This document shows, one piece after another, positions 1 to 9,245 of a stretch of 64,000 bases of DNA; the stretch's first letter is position 1; each line of letters starts with the position of its first letter. The position numbers and the translations under genes were made by a program. Source of the stretch: an uncultured Gammaproteobacteria bacterium (GTDB lineage: Bacteria > Patescibacteriota > Patescibacteriia > Magasanikbacterales > GWA2-37-8). The notes below the pieces were generated by a model. That model saw only the letters and a program-made list of their open reading frames with translations, had not been told where the DNA came from and did no database searches. The stretch lies in NCBI GenBank assembly GCA_964596525.1, contig CAZQUL010000001.1:332830-396829 (forward strand), read 5' to 3'.

Positions 1-348
1 CATGAACGGGTAGTTGCGCTATATCACAAGCTCGTGCCTGTCGTTGGGCCCTCAGCTGCGTACGTTACGCTCCATGGCAATCGTGTACGTTGGATTATGG
101 GGATGAATGACCGCGCTCTCATGCACATGCTGGAGCTGCGCACTACCAAGCAAGGCCATCCGCAGTACCGCAAAATCTGCCAGGAGATACATCGTGCGAT
201 CGAAAAGATTGATCCGTGGCGTGCGAGTATCATGAACTTCGTTGATCATAATTCGTACGACAGTGCGCGCGGTGATAGTGAAGCGCGCCAGCGCGTAAAG
301 GAGCGGTTGTGGGAAGAGAAGAATAAAAACAATACAGAGCATAATTAA
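1..348 (+). CDS. hypothetical protein, 3' portion of a gene entering from upstream of the window
   Basis: Frame 1 is open from nt 1 (HERVVALYHKLVP...) through the stop at 346-348. No recognisable domain. A GC hairpin follows the stop. Confidence 0.35.
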   Translation, partial: HERVVALYHKLVPVVGPSAAYVTLHGNRVRWIMGMNDRALMHMLELRTTKQGHPQYRKICQEIHRAIEKIDPWRASIMNFVDHNSYDSARGDSEARQRVKERLWEEKNKNNTEHN

Positions 349-407
349 AAATCCCGCCTCCGCGCGTTTATAGCGCACAGAGCGGGATGTTGGACGATTT
401 GCCGTCT

Positions 408-905
408 CTAGTCGACGAATGCGCACATGATGGGCAGTCTCGGCTCAAAGTCGAAGCTGATGTGCTGCGAATTCTCCCATATGCGGGCAGCTTCGTTATG
501 GTTGCTGTAGAAACGAAGGGTGCCGACCCACTTTTTGCCACAGGAAAATCGGTATCGGATGTGGGCTTTTTCGGGCGGGGCATCCGGATTGCAGGTTACT
601 TTCCAGTCCGGTTTCGTGCCGCTCGGACAGCTGACGTCCACCTGGAGATTTCCGTTATCAGACGGTTTGATCCGCACATTGTGATTGTGCGGCGCCCGCT
701 GTAGGCGGTATCGGGTACCGTCCTGGCGGTTCGATGTTTGAATCTCTTCGGCGGTTTCTTCTGACGCCTTCAGCTCATCCGGCATAGGAAGCAGATCGTC
801 TTGACCGGGTGGGGTGTCAGGAATGACGACAGTTCCGGTGCGGCCTCCGCAGCCGGCGAGCAGGGCAAAAGAAAGCAGCAATGTCCGTACGTGCGTGGTA
901 TGCAT
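408..905 (-). CDS. hypothetical lipoprotein
   Basis: N-terminus MHTTHVRTLLLSFALLAGCGG is a signal peptide with a lipobox Cys. The + strand overlap lacks such features. Confidence 0.6.
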   Translation of the reverse strand: MHTTHVRTLLLSFALLAGCGGRTGTVVIPDTPPGQDDLLPMPDELKASEETAEEIQTSNRQDGTRYRLQRAPHNHNVRIKPSDNGNLQVDVSCPSGTKPDWKVTCNPDAPPEKAHIRYRFSCGKKWVGTLRFYSNHNEAARIWENSQHISFDFEPRLPIMCAFVD

Positions 906-1168
906 GGGGCCTCCTTAGTAAGTCGATGCTCCCATGCTCTACAGGATTTTTTTCTTTTAGTCAATATATCCTGTGTAGTACGGATTTTTCATTACCCGAG
1001 TTAGTTCGACATTGTGCAAAGAAAACTACGTCGGCGCGACGCGGCGTATTCCCGCTACACCTAAATCTTACAGGTGGTGGCATGCCCGCAAAACCATGCC
1101 TGTAAACGAGTTGTATGGTTAAGAGTGTTTAAGTTACAAACCTTCCCGTGAAGGGAAGGTGAGAATGT

Positions 1169-1639
1169 TTACCAGAACGCCGCAACGAGCTCGGCTGTGC
1201 GAATGCTTGTGCCGGGTTCGACGGTAACAAGAATGCGCGGTTTAAACCCTTCGTAGGTAAGAAGATCCATGATAAGCTCGAGCCGGCTGTTCTTTACGGC
1301 TAACCATCGCCCACCTTCGCGGTGGCCATGATCTTCGATCTCACTCATGTCCGGCTGTAGCACTATGCCTTGGCGGGGCAAGCGGGCGCGGGGTCCGCCG
1401 TGCTGCACCCGCTCAAGAATTTCCCGTGCCAGTCTTTTGAGAAAGGTACGGTTTTTTCTGACAAAACGATTGACGATCCGCCTCGCCTCACCGAACTCCG
1501 GATGCTGCCTGAGATCCTCGAACGTAGGATCTGTGCTCTTTAGTTCGAGTTGGCGTAGCTTATCCTCGAATTCATTTCGGATATGAACGAGGTGGTAGGC
1601 GCGTCCGTCGATAGCCTGTTCACGTAGGGGCATGAGCAA
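1169..1639 (-). CDS. hypothetical protein
   Basis: 156-aa ORF with no signal peptide and a charged helical composition. No motif I can name. Confidence 0.45.
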   Translation of the reverse strand: MLMPLREQAIDGRAYHLVHIRNEFEDKLRQLELKSTDPTFEDLRQHPEFGEARRIVNRFVRKNRTFLKRLAREILERVQHGGPRARLPRQGIVLQPDMSEIEDHGHREGGRWLAVKNSRLELIMDLLTYEGFKPRILVTVEPGTSIRTAELVAAFW

Positions 1640-1819
1640 CCTCTTTACGGCAGTAGGTGAAAAACCCTCTTGGTGAGAGGAAATTTACCCTAACACTGTC
1701 ATTGCCGATGGTCAAGATATTCTTTTGTTATTCTTTCAAATTCTTGACAAAGTTAACAAAAGAAACTATCCTTTCGTTCGCCGTACTAGCGGCGTTCTTT
1801 AATAGACCGAGGAGACATC

Positions 1820-3013
1820 ATGCACACGAAACTGTTGCGCGTAGTGGGTTGCGTTGTTTTTGCTGCCGCGTGCGGAGCCGCGGAAGAAACGAACCAGTCG
1901 TTGCCGCCCGGGCCGGACACGCCTCAAACGTCGCTGATCGTGCTGAACAAGAACCAGCTGCCTGGCACGCAGCTTGCTATGGGTGCGAAGAAGGCGAAGT
2001 TCGTGGTGGCCACACTCAAGGGATCGGCGACCGAGGATTTCGACATTCCGGCTGCTCGTGCCGAAGTCGATATCCAGAATCCATCCGTGTCGCGCATGGC
2101 GCCGCAGGTCATCAAGAACTGCTTTGTCGAGGCACTTGGCGTAGAGTATGGTCCGGCAGTGAATCTCACGCTCGATCAGCAGGGTCAGTACCAGCTCGAC
2201 TGGAAGGAACTCCGGAATATCTCGGGTACCATGCTGTTCGTGCCGCGGGATACTGAAGTGCCGGTATACGCCGTCTGCGATGTGGAGAAGTACTCTGTGA
2301 TCGCGATGAGCGGGTTGCATCAGGCGGCTTCCAACCTGAATGTTGCCGTGCGTTTCAGTGGTTTCGAGTTTGTGCGCCATGGCGCCACGGGCCGCTCGCT
2401 TTCCACGCAGAAGGTGCCCGGGAATATCTTCGAGATCCTGCGCACCACGCTCACGGTGGCGGCCGAGAACAATCCGCCGGAGGGCTTTTCTACCCAGGTT
2501 TCTGGTGCAGCGGTGCGCGCGAGCGCGTTTGTCGTCACATCTCCGGCCTCGGACGATGCGGCGCCGAGCGTCATGAAGATGCCGTTCAACTTCGCGCTGC
2601 TTGGCACCTATACAAACCCGCAGAACGTAACGTCGGTGCCGTATCGGGTACTTTCGCCCACTGCCAGCGGTACGCTCGAGCCGGTGGCGACTGGTGCGGT
2701 GAACTTCACCTGCGCCTCCTCCGTTCCTTTGCTCTCTACGGTGACGGACTGCCGTGGTTCTTTCACGCCGGCCGTGACTCGCGCCGGAGCCAAGCCTGCC
2801 GCGGTTCCCCTGGAATCTTCTGGTCCGGGCACGGAAAAGAAGGCGCTCTTCATCATCGAGTATGATACCCGCGCGCTCACGCCGGCCCTCACCAGCCCCC
2901 AGGAGAAACTCGCTACGGAGCTCCTGGGCGTGGAATGGAGCGATGGCACCCGCGAGGGTCTCAAGTTCGATTCGAGCTCCGCGCCCATCATGGGCCATGC
3001 GGTGACGCAGTAG
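1820..3013 (+). CDS. hypothetical lipoprotein (397 aa)
   Basis: Signal peptide plus lipobox (LRVVGCVVFAAAC). GAGGAG Shine-Dalgarno upstream and a rho-independent terminator downstream. The antisense 411-aa ORF is an Arg/His-rich shadow. Confidence 0.7.
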   Translation: MHTKLLRVVGCVVFAAACGAAEETNQSLPPGPDTPQTSLIVLNKNQLPGTQLAMGAKKAKFVVATLKGSATEDFDIPAARAEVDIQNPSVSRMAPQVIKNCFVEALGVEYGPAVNLTLDQQGQYQLDWKELRNISGTMLFVPRDTEVPVYAVCDVEKYSVIAMSGLHQAASNLNVAVRFSGFEFVRHGATGRSLSTQKVPGNIFEILRTTLTVAAENNPPEGFSTQVSGAAVRASAFVVTSPASDDAAPSVMKMPFNFALLGTYTNPQNVTSVPYRVLSPTASGTLEPVATGAVNFTCASSVPLLSTVTDCRGSFTPAVTRAGAKPAAVPLESSGPGTEKKALFIIEYDTRALTPALTSPQEKLATELLGVEWSDGTREGLKFDSSSAPIMGHAVTQ

Positions 3014-3034
3014 CCGCATCACCCCCACCCACAA

Positions 3035-3065
3035 CCTCTCAGAATGAACCTTGAGAGGTTTTTAT
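3035..3065 (+). terminator. rho-independent terminator
   Basis: Hairpin CCTCTCA-n10-TGAGAGG followed by TTTTTAT. Confidence 0.7.
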
Positions 3066-3163
3066 ATTGCCGCGAAAATTGCCCAGAAAATATCTTGACA
3101 TGCCCTTTATGATATTCCACAGTACGTGAGCGTTGTTCTTTTTCGACAATAGGGAGGTGAGCC

Positions 3164-3487
3164 ATGACACGAACGCTAGCGCTCGCACTGACCGGATTTT
3201 CCTTCGTCGCGTGCGCTGCCACGTCGACCCAGCAGCTTTCCACGCCTTCGACCGAGAGCATGGAGGCGGTCCCGCCGCCCCAATATTCAGGTCATAATAT
3301 CACGGAAGGGTCCCTGTGCGATCCGGACGATAGATCGTTCGATCCGTGCGCACCGAAGTTTAAGTGCTACGCGGGTGCGTGCGCCAAGCTCAGAGAGCGC
3401 GACTCGTGTATCTTTAATGAAACAGAGAAAGACCCGTGCCTGCCGAAATCCGTCTGTTTCAAAGGTAAGTGTACGAAGATCAAATAA
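3164..3487 (+). CDS. small cysteine-rich lipoprotein (107 aa) with two tandem C-x9-C-x5-C-x4-C modules
   Basis: GGAGG Shine-Dalgarno. Lipoprotein signal LTGFSFVAC. Mature part has 8 Cys in two repeats (CDPDDRSFDPCAPKFKCYAGAC / CIFNETEKDPCLPKSVCFKGKC). Terminator hairpin at about 3496-3530. Confidence 0.65.
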   Translation: MTRTLALALTGFSFVACAATSTQQLSTPSTESMEAVPPPQYSGHNITEGSLCDPDDRSFDPCAPKFKCYAGACAKLRERDSCIFNETEKDPCLPKSVCFKGKCTKIK

Positions 3488-3608
3488 CCGAACTACTCTG
3501 CCGCGCCACTAAGGTGCGGCTTTTTGATTCAGATATGATTGAAATCTATATGAGTGGCACTAAAATATGATATAACACGTTCGGAACCGGCTGCCCGAAA
3601 AACATAAA

Positions 3609-3636
3609 GCCGCTCAAGAGAGCGGCTAAAAAGGGT
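3609..3636. terminator. bidirectional terminator-like hairpin
   Basis: AGCCGCTC-aaga-GAGCGGCT flanked by A-run and T-run, downstream of the minus-strand gene 3724..4212. Confidence 0.5.
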
Positions 3637-3723
3637 GTGGTTTAACTTGATTTTAGCGGACGAGATCCGTTGGGGCGCGTCGGGTAGTTCAATTCGTTGC
3701 TAAAGTGCGGGCAAGATAGATCT

Positions 3724-4212
3724 TTACCAAAGCTGTATAGTCGCGGGACCGGCTTGGAGCACCAGCACGCCGACACCTTTGGGGTCAACGGTATTGCGGG
3801 TAGTGCTATAGAATCGATACAGGGTCAAAGTTGCCTCTCGGCGATTGCCGCACCAGAAGTGGTAGAAGGCGACCGGATCACCGCACAACCACGTATCTGC
3901 CTGATTGTACGCCAGGATGATCCGTGGATCCTCGCCGCGATTACAACGGAGATAGTATTCGAGATGCTCGTTGTTGGAACTGTGATTCTCTGTAATATGC
4001 GGATAATACAGAGTACCACTCCGCGCATCATACACGCTACGACTTGGGTCCATGCCAAACCACGGAGACGGTATGCAGGTGCTTTCGAGCTTGAGTTCGC
4101 TTTCCTTGACGAAGGGGAGCTGGTCTTGAGCATGTGGTATGCTGCTACAAGCGGTGCTAAGACCAAGCAGAACAATAAAGTTCATCTTCCAAGTCAAAAT
4201 CGGTGTTTTCAC
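3724..4212 (-). CDS. hypothetical lipoprotein
   Basis: MNFIVLLGLSTACSS lipoprotein signal, with a possible start 9 codons inside at 4185. Preferred over the overlapping + ORF 3697..4230, which has no signal. Confidence 0.55.
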   Translation of the reverse strand: MKTPILTWKMNFIVLLGLSTACSSIPHAQDQLPFVKESELKLESTCIPSPWFGMDPSRSVYDARSGTLYYPHITENHSSNNEHLEYYLRCNRGEDPRIILAYNQADTWLCGDPVAFYHFWCGNRREATLTLYRFYSTTRNTVDPKGVGVLVLQAGPATIQLW

Positions 4213-4298
4213 GTGTTTCTCCTTGCTTAATACTCCGGAATGTCCGGAAATGAACGTTTTAAGACCCTATCAAACTACTTGCATTTGTCAAGATATAT

Positions 4299-4994
4299 AT
4301 GAACAAAGGCCTTTTTATCATGATCGACGGTATTGACGGTAGTGGCAAAGGACTTCAAACCGAGCTTCTCCAGAAACGCTTGGCCGAAGCCGGAAAACCT
4401 GTCAAGCTGGTGAGTTTCCCGCGCTACGGCGAAAAATCCGCGGCACCGATCGAGGAGTATCTTAATGGTGTGTATGGCACGGCCGAAGAAGTTGGTCCGT
4501 ACCGCGGATCAATATTGTACGCCGTAGATCGGTTTGCTGCGGCCAAAGATATCCGCCGCAGTCTTGATGAAGGAATGATCGTCGTCGCCAACCGCTACGT
4601 CAGTTCCAATATGGGCCACCAGGGCGGTAAAATTATCGATCCCGAGGAACGCAAACGTTTTTTCGCATGGAATTACGATCTTGAATATCGCATTTTCGCC
4701 ATTCCGAAACCTGATTTCCAGCTTATTTTGCACGTGGATGCTGCCGTGGCGCAGGAGCTTGTCGATAAAAAAGCGGCCCGCGAGTACATTAAAGGTGCTA
4801 AACGCGATATCCATGAAGCCGACCTTAATCATTTGCAGCGCGCCGAAGAAACCTACAAAGAGATTGTCCGGCTTTTCCCGGAAGATTTCACGTTTGTTGA
4901 GTGTATGGAAAACCAGCAGATCGCGACGCCCGAAGCGATCCATGAAAAAATTTGGGCGCTGATTGTTCGCGAGCTCGAAAAGAGGTATACTTAA
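4299..4994 (+). CDS. tmk: thymidylate kinase (dTMP kinase)
   Basis: P-loop FIMIDGIDGSGKG at the N-terminus. Length and layout are typical of Tmk (DR..Y motif, LID region). Confidence 0.85.
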   Translation: MNKGLFIMIDGIDGSGKGLQTELLQKRLAEAGKPVKLVSFPRYGEKSAAPIEEYLNGVYGTAEEVGPYRGSILYAVDRFAAAKDIRRSLDEGMIVVANRYVSSNMGHQGGKIIDPEERKRFFAWNYDLEYRIFAIPKPDFQLILHVDAAVAQELVDKKAAREYIKGAKRDIHEADLNHLQRAEETYKEIVRLFPEDFTFVECMENQQIATPEAIHEKIWALIVRELEKRYT

Positions 4995-5007
4995 GACGTG
5001 GTGAACC

Positions 5008-5823
5008 ATGGTTCCCACCTCTTTTAATGTGTCATGTATGCTTACTTCGGTCGTCGATATAATGCACCAAGCCTGGCGCGTCTACAGCGCGGCATGGAAA
5101 AAATTCACACTCCTCATGGTGTGGTACGTGGTGATGTATTTTCTCGTTACCTGGGGGCGCGATATTCTTATCGACGGGTTTTTCAGTCAGCGGCCCGGCG
5201 TGGGGTTCGTCATTTTCGTGGTTACCATGATCGCGGCCGGTCTTCTAAGTTTGTGGTCGACCATGGCGAGCATGATCGTCGCTAAGGAGATTTTTTTACG
5301 AGAGAAACCAACGTCTCTTGGCGTGATCTTTAAAGCCGCGCGGCAAAAGGTCTGGGCCGCACTTCTCATTAGCGTCATGCTGGTTATTGCTATAGCTCTG
5401 GGAAGCCTGCTTCTCATCGTGCCGGGTATTATTTTTACTACCTGGTATGCGTTCGCATTCCAGCGGCTTGTATTCCACGACGAGCGCGGGTTCATGGCTC
5501 TTGGCTCGAGTAAAGACTTGGTAGTCAATCGTTTCTTTCCCGTGCTCTGGCGCCTCGTTATGCCGACTCTCGCCTTTGCGCTTATGGCTACAGTTTTGCA
5601 GTATGTCATTTTAGCCCCCGCAATGTGGCCAAATCTGCTCGAACCCTCACTTTCTTTGCGCGGATTGCTGTTTAACCAAATTATCGTTTACATCCTTTAC
5701 GCTATCGTGCTGCCGCTCAGCACCATTTCCATCACTATCTTATACCTCGAGCTCGCAGCGAGCGGCCCTGCTCCTGCCCCGGCGGCGCCTACTCCCGAGA
5801 AATCGGCCGATAAAACTCTCTAA
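5008..5823 (+). CDS. hypothetical polytopic membrane protein
   Basis: About 6 hydrophobic segments. Starts 14 nt after the tmk stop, so probably co-transcribed. Confidence 0.6.
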   Translation: MVPTSFNVSCMLTSVVDIMHQAWRVYSAAWKKFTLLMVWYVVMYFLVTWGRDILIDGFFSQRPGVGFVIFVVTMIAAGLLSLWSTMASMIVAKEIFLREKPTSLGVIFKAARQKVWAALLISVMLVIAIALGSLLLIVPGIIFTTWYAFAFQRLVFHDERGFMALGSSKDLVVNRFFPVLWRLVMPTLAFALMATVLQYVILAPAMWPNLLEPSLSLRGLLFNQIIVYILYAIVLPLSTISITILYLELAASGPAPAPAAPTPEKSADKTL

Positions 5824-5841
5824 ACACGAGCGTCCAAAAGT

Positions 5842-5863
5842 ACCGCCCAACCGGCGGTTTTTT
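5842..5863 (+). terminator. rho-independent terminator
   Basis: ACCGCC-caacc-GGCGGT followed by TTTTTT. Confidence 0.7.
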
Positions 5864-5959
5864 GGTTGTCAGAATCTCAAAAATAGTTTACAGTCTAGAA
5901 GACTTCTGGGTAGCATCTCGAGCCTTTTTAAGAGCACAGCTCATCCGTGATTTTTTTAT

Positions 5960-7504
5960 ATGTATACGCCGATCATCGGTTTGGAAATCCACGTCGAACT
6001 CAAAACCGCGAGCAAGATGTTTTGCGGGTGTCCTAACGACCCGTTTGCTACCGCACCAAACACCAACGTGTGCGAGGTGTGTTTGGCACACCCCGGAACG
6101 CTTCCGGTGCCGAACGCCAAAGCCATTGAATCCACCATCAAAATCGCCAAGGCGCTCGGTTGCACCATCGCCCCTCTCAGCAAATTCGACCGCAAGCATT
6201 ATTTTTATCCCGACTTGCCCAAAGGCTACCAAATTTCGCAGTACGACCAACCGATCGGCGAGCACGGTACCATTCGTCTCGTGCTCTCAAGCGGTAAAAA
6301 CCATCGCAATGAAGCAACGGTCGGCGTAACGCGTGTGCACCTCGAAGAAGACACGGCAAAGCTTGTCCATGGCGCGGACGGTACGACACTCGTCGATTTC
6401 AACCGTTCCGGCGTGCCGCTTGTTGAGATCGTTTCTGATCCAGACATCCAAAGCGCCGAAGAAGCCAAGATGTATTGCCAAGAGCTCCAACTTATCTTGC
6501 GCTACCTTAAGGTAAGCGATGCGGATATGGAGAAGGGTCAGATGCGTTGCGAAGCAAATATTTCGGTGCAAAAGACCGGCACGTTCACCATTGAAAACGG
6601 CATCGTCAAACCCGAACCGGGCGTTCAGCTCAATGCCAAGGTAGAAGTGAAAAACATCAACTCTTTCCGCGCCGTAGAGCGGGCTATTGTACACGAAATT
6701 GAGCGGCAAACCGCGCTTATCGAGCGCGGCGAAACATGGAGTTCGCAGACCCGCGGCTGGGATGACGAGAAAGGTGTCACGGTGCTGCAAAGAAGTAAAG
6801 AAACTGCAGCCGACTACCGCTATTTCCCCGAACCGGATATTCCGCCGTTTGAGCCGCTTACGCTTGTCGGCGGCCAAGTTTCCATACCGGAACTCCCGAG
6901 CGCGCGCCGCGAACGATTTGTGGAAGAGTTTGGTTTCTCGGCCTCTGACGCGTACCTCCTCACTGCTTCGGCCGCATGGGCGGAATTTACCGAGCAGGTC
7001 ATGGGTGAAATTTATGGTTGGCTCGAGGCCGATGTGGATGAAAGCAAAGAGGCAGATAAGGCAGTGGAACTCCGCGCAGTTGCCAAACTCACGGGCGGCT
7101 GGATCACCACCAAACTCATGGGTGCTATGGCCGAGCGCGCGATAGACATCCGCGTTCTAAAAGTTAAGCCCGAGAATTTTGCCGAGCTTATCAACCTGCT
7201 CTATACCAACCGCGTTAACGCCACCAACGCGCTTAAGATCCTTAACGAAATGCTTGATGCTGGCGTGGACCTTGACCCGAGCCACGTGATGGAAGAGAAA
7301 GGGTACGGTCTGGTTGCCGATGAAGGGGCGCTTAAACCGTTGGTCGAGCAGATTATCAATCAATTCCCCAAGCAAGTCGAACAGTTTAAGGCGGGTAAAG
7401 AGCCGATCATGAAATTCCTCATCGGTATGGTGATGAAAGAAACCGAAGGAAGCGCAGATCCGGTGGTGGTGGAAAAAATGCTGCGTACCCTGCTCAAGAC
7501 ATAA
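5960..7504 (+). CDS. gatB: aspartyl/glutamyl-tRNA(Asn/Gln) amidotransferase subunit B
   Basis: MYTPIIGLEIHVEL...FCGCPN...YDQPI motifs are characteristic of GatB over the full length, plus the C-terminal YqeY-like tail. Confidence 0.95.
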   Translation: MYTPIIGLEIHVELKTASKMFCGCPNDPFATAPNTNVCEVCLAHPGTLPVPNAKAIESTIKIAKALGCTIAPLSKFDRKHYFYPDLPKGYQISQYDQPIGEHGTIRLVLSSGKNHRNEATVGVTRVHLEEDTAKLVHGADGTTLVDFNRSGVPLVEIVSDPDIQSAEEAKMYCQELQLILRYLKVSDADMEKGQMRCEANISVQKTGTFTIENGIVKPEPGVQLNAKVEVKNINSFRAVERAIVHEIERQTALIERGETWSSQTRGWDDEKGVTVLQRSKETAADYRYFPEPDIPPFEPLTLVGGQVSIPELPSARRERFVEEFGFSASDAYLLTASAAWAEFTEQVMGEIYGWLEADVDESKEADKAVELRAVAKLTGGWITTKLMGAMAERAIDIRVLKVKPENFAELINLLYTNRVNATNALKILNEMLDAGVDLDPSHVMEEKGYGLVADEGALKPLVEQIINQFPKQVEQFKAGKEPIMKFLIGMVMKETEGSADPVVVEKMLRTLLKT

Positions 7505-7521
7505 ACAACAGACAAAATAAG

Positions 7522-7552
7522 AGAGTGCCTGCTTGACGGGCACTCTTTTTTT
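7522..7552 (+). terminator. rho-independent terminator
   Basis: AGAGTGCC-n8-GGCACTCT followed by TTTTTTT. Confidence 0.8.
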
Positions 7553-7607
7553 ACTGTATAGTCGTTGGTCCCGCGGTAGATCCCGGGTAGGAAAAAGGAG
7601 AAAACGC

Positions 7608-8384
7608 ATGTTTAAGGCTTACCATCTGGGTTTCAATCAATCCGATATCGCGCTCTATCAACCTAAGATCGCGCTATTGTGCGGCGATCCGGCACGGGCC
7701 AAAAGGATTGCTGAGCGGGGGAGGGAGTTCCATGTGGTGGCGTCCAAGCGCGGGCTAGATACCTATCTAGTGAAGCTCCGGTGTGGAGCGTGGATTCTGG
7801 CTGCAACGAGCGGCATGGGCGGTCCGTCGCTTGCGATCATCGTGAGTGAGTTGGTTAAATTGGGAATTCATACGATCATCCGCGTCGGAACATGCGGATC
7901 ACTCCAGCCGCACATCAAAGGCGGCGATGTCGTCATTTCGCCCGCTGCCGTCAATTACCAAGGCGCGGCACGTGATATCATCCCCGTGGAAGTTCCCTGT
8001 GTCGCCGACTTTAACGTTACAGGTGTGCTGCTTAAAGCGGCTCAGTTGTTTCAGCAGGAAAACATCCACCTTGGTCTTACAGCCTCGACCGATACATTCG
8101 AGGAAGGCCAGGGACGGCAGGATGACACCCTCAATAGGTGTCCGCGTCCCGAGATTTTTAGTCGAATTGAGATGTGCATGAAGCTCGGGGTGCTGTGTTT
8201 TGAAATGGAAGCGGCGACGCTCTTTGCAGCTGGCTTGGCCTACGGATTCCGCGCGGGTTGCGTTTGCGGCGTCGTAGCCGAGCGGCGCAGCAGTGAGTCG
8301 ATTCTTGATCCGAACATCTGCGCCACTGCCGAAGCCAATGCCATCACCGTGGCATTCGAAGGGGCCGAGCAGCTTAGCTCGTAA
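7608..8384 (+). CDS. purine/uridine nucleoside phosphorylase (PNP/UDP family 1)
   Basis: GMGGPSLAI...IRVGTCGSL motif of the DeoD/Udp family. AAGGAG Shine-Dalgarno 8 nt upstream of ATG 7608. The longer track ORF from 7533 lacks a Shine-Dalgarno. Confidence 0.8.
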   Translation: MFKAYHLGFNQSDIALYQPKIALLCGDPARAKRIAERGREFHVVASKRGLDTYLVKLRCGAWILAATSGMGGPSLAIIVSELVKLGIHTIIRVGTCGSLQPHIKGGDVVISPAAVNYQGAARDIIPVEVPCVADFNVTGVLLKAAQLFQQENIHLGLTASTDTFEEGQGRQDDTLNRCPRPEIFSRIEMCMKLGVLCFEMEAATLFAAGLAYGFRAGCVCGVVAERRSSESILDPNICATAEANAITVAFEGAEQLSS

Positions 8385-8397
8385 ATTCATTTTGAAC

Positions 8398-8421
8398 GGG
8401 AGTCTTACCGACTCCTTTTTT
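8398..8421 (+). terminator. rho-independent terminator
   Basis: GGGAGTC-ttacc-GACTCC followed by TTTTTT. Confidence 0.75.
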
Positions 8422-8477
8422 GTAATTTATGTTGTTATTCATTTTTAGGTGTACTATAGCATCTTTCCGTCATATTA

Positions 8478-8506
8478 TTGACAAAATCATATAAAGAGAG
8501 CATAGT
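8478..8506 (+). promoter_or_regulatory. sigma70-like promoter
   Basis: TTGACA, 17-nt spacer, CATAGT, upstream of the CDS at 8566. Confidence 0.4.
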
Positions 8507-8565
8507 AGCTTGTCCTGTCTCGCATTGACCGCACGCGATCCATCCAACATACCGGAGGAAAAAGA

Positions 8566-9114
8566 ATGTTCAGCACGGAAATGTTCTTTACCAACCAGCT
8601 CGACATGCTTCGTCGCCTTGGAAGAGCGGCGGAGCCGACTATCGAACATTTCGTTCGTGGCCGTGCGGCAATCATCGCGGAACTCGAGAAGGTGTGGGCT
8701 GCGTACGATTACGGTCCGCCTGATCTTCTTTCCATCCAGGGGATTCACCTCGGCATGCCGGTAGTGCCCTTTGGCTGGGTTCCGGCCCGCGAACAGATTG
8801 CCCTCACTCGGCTCAACTGCGTTTTGGTTGCCAACGAGGTGGATGAGGTAAACGTAGCGCCGTACTATCTGTATGACGTGCACGAAGCAAGATTAACCGA
8901 TGATGCTCGCTTAGGCCTCACGATGCCGGAGGTGGTGGCACTCGCTGTCCATACCGATGCACTTCTGCGTCAGCGCGCGCTTGCCGCTACGCGCCGATCG
9001 GCAACCTATCTGCCCACGTTGACCGTTGTTGCCGCGCAGGTTGCGACCTGCCGCCTGCCACTTGCTACACCGGATTTTGCTCCCACCTGCGCTGCCCGGA
9101 GCATCGCTCTTTAG
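8566..9114 (+). CDS. hypothetical protein
   Basis: GGAGG Shine-Dalgarno, own promoter and a downstream terminator. Ala/Arg-rich with no recognisable domain. Confidence 0.4.
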   Translation: MFSTEMFFTNQLDMLRRLGRAAEPTIEHFVRGRAAIIAELEKVWAAYDYGPPDLLSIQGIHLGMPVVPFGWVPAREQIALTRLNCVLVANEVDEVNVAPYYLYDVHEARLTDDARLGLTMPEVVALAVHTDALLRQRALAATRRSATYLPTLTVVAAQVATCRLPLATPDFAPTCAARSIAL

Positions 9115-9175
9115 ACGACACACCCACTGCACCGTCTCGACGCCACCTGATTCAGGCGGCGTCTTTCAATTTCAA

Positions 9176-9206
9176 CCAAAAAACACGGGCAGCCGTGTTT
9201 TTTTGG
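9176..9206. terminator. bidirectional terminator
   Basis: AAAAAACACGG-gcagc-CCGTGTTTTTTT. Serves the + gene ending at 9114 and the minus-strand der gene ending at 9246. Confidence 0.75.
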
Positions 9207-9245
9207 TTTAAGCACTGAGAACATTCTTGACGATACGACGCGTCA

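Noticed and set aside
1799-3034. 411-aa minus-strand ORF overlapping the 397-aa lipoprotein gene
   Set aside because: Arg/His/Gly-rich low-complexity translation typical of the antisense frame of a GC-rich gene. It has no Shine-Dalgarno or signal, whereas the + strand ORF has a Shine-Dalgarno, a lipoprotein signal and a terminator.
3697-4230. 177-aa + strand ORF overlapping the 3724..4212 minus-strand lipoprotein gene
   Set aside because: No Shine-Dalgarno and no recognisable features. The minus-strand ORF has a clean lipoprotein signal peptide.
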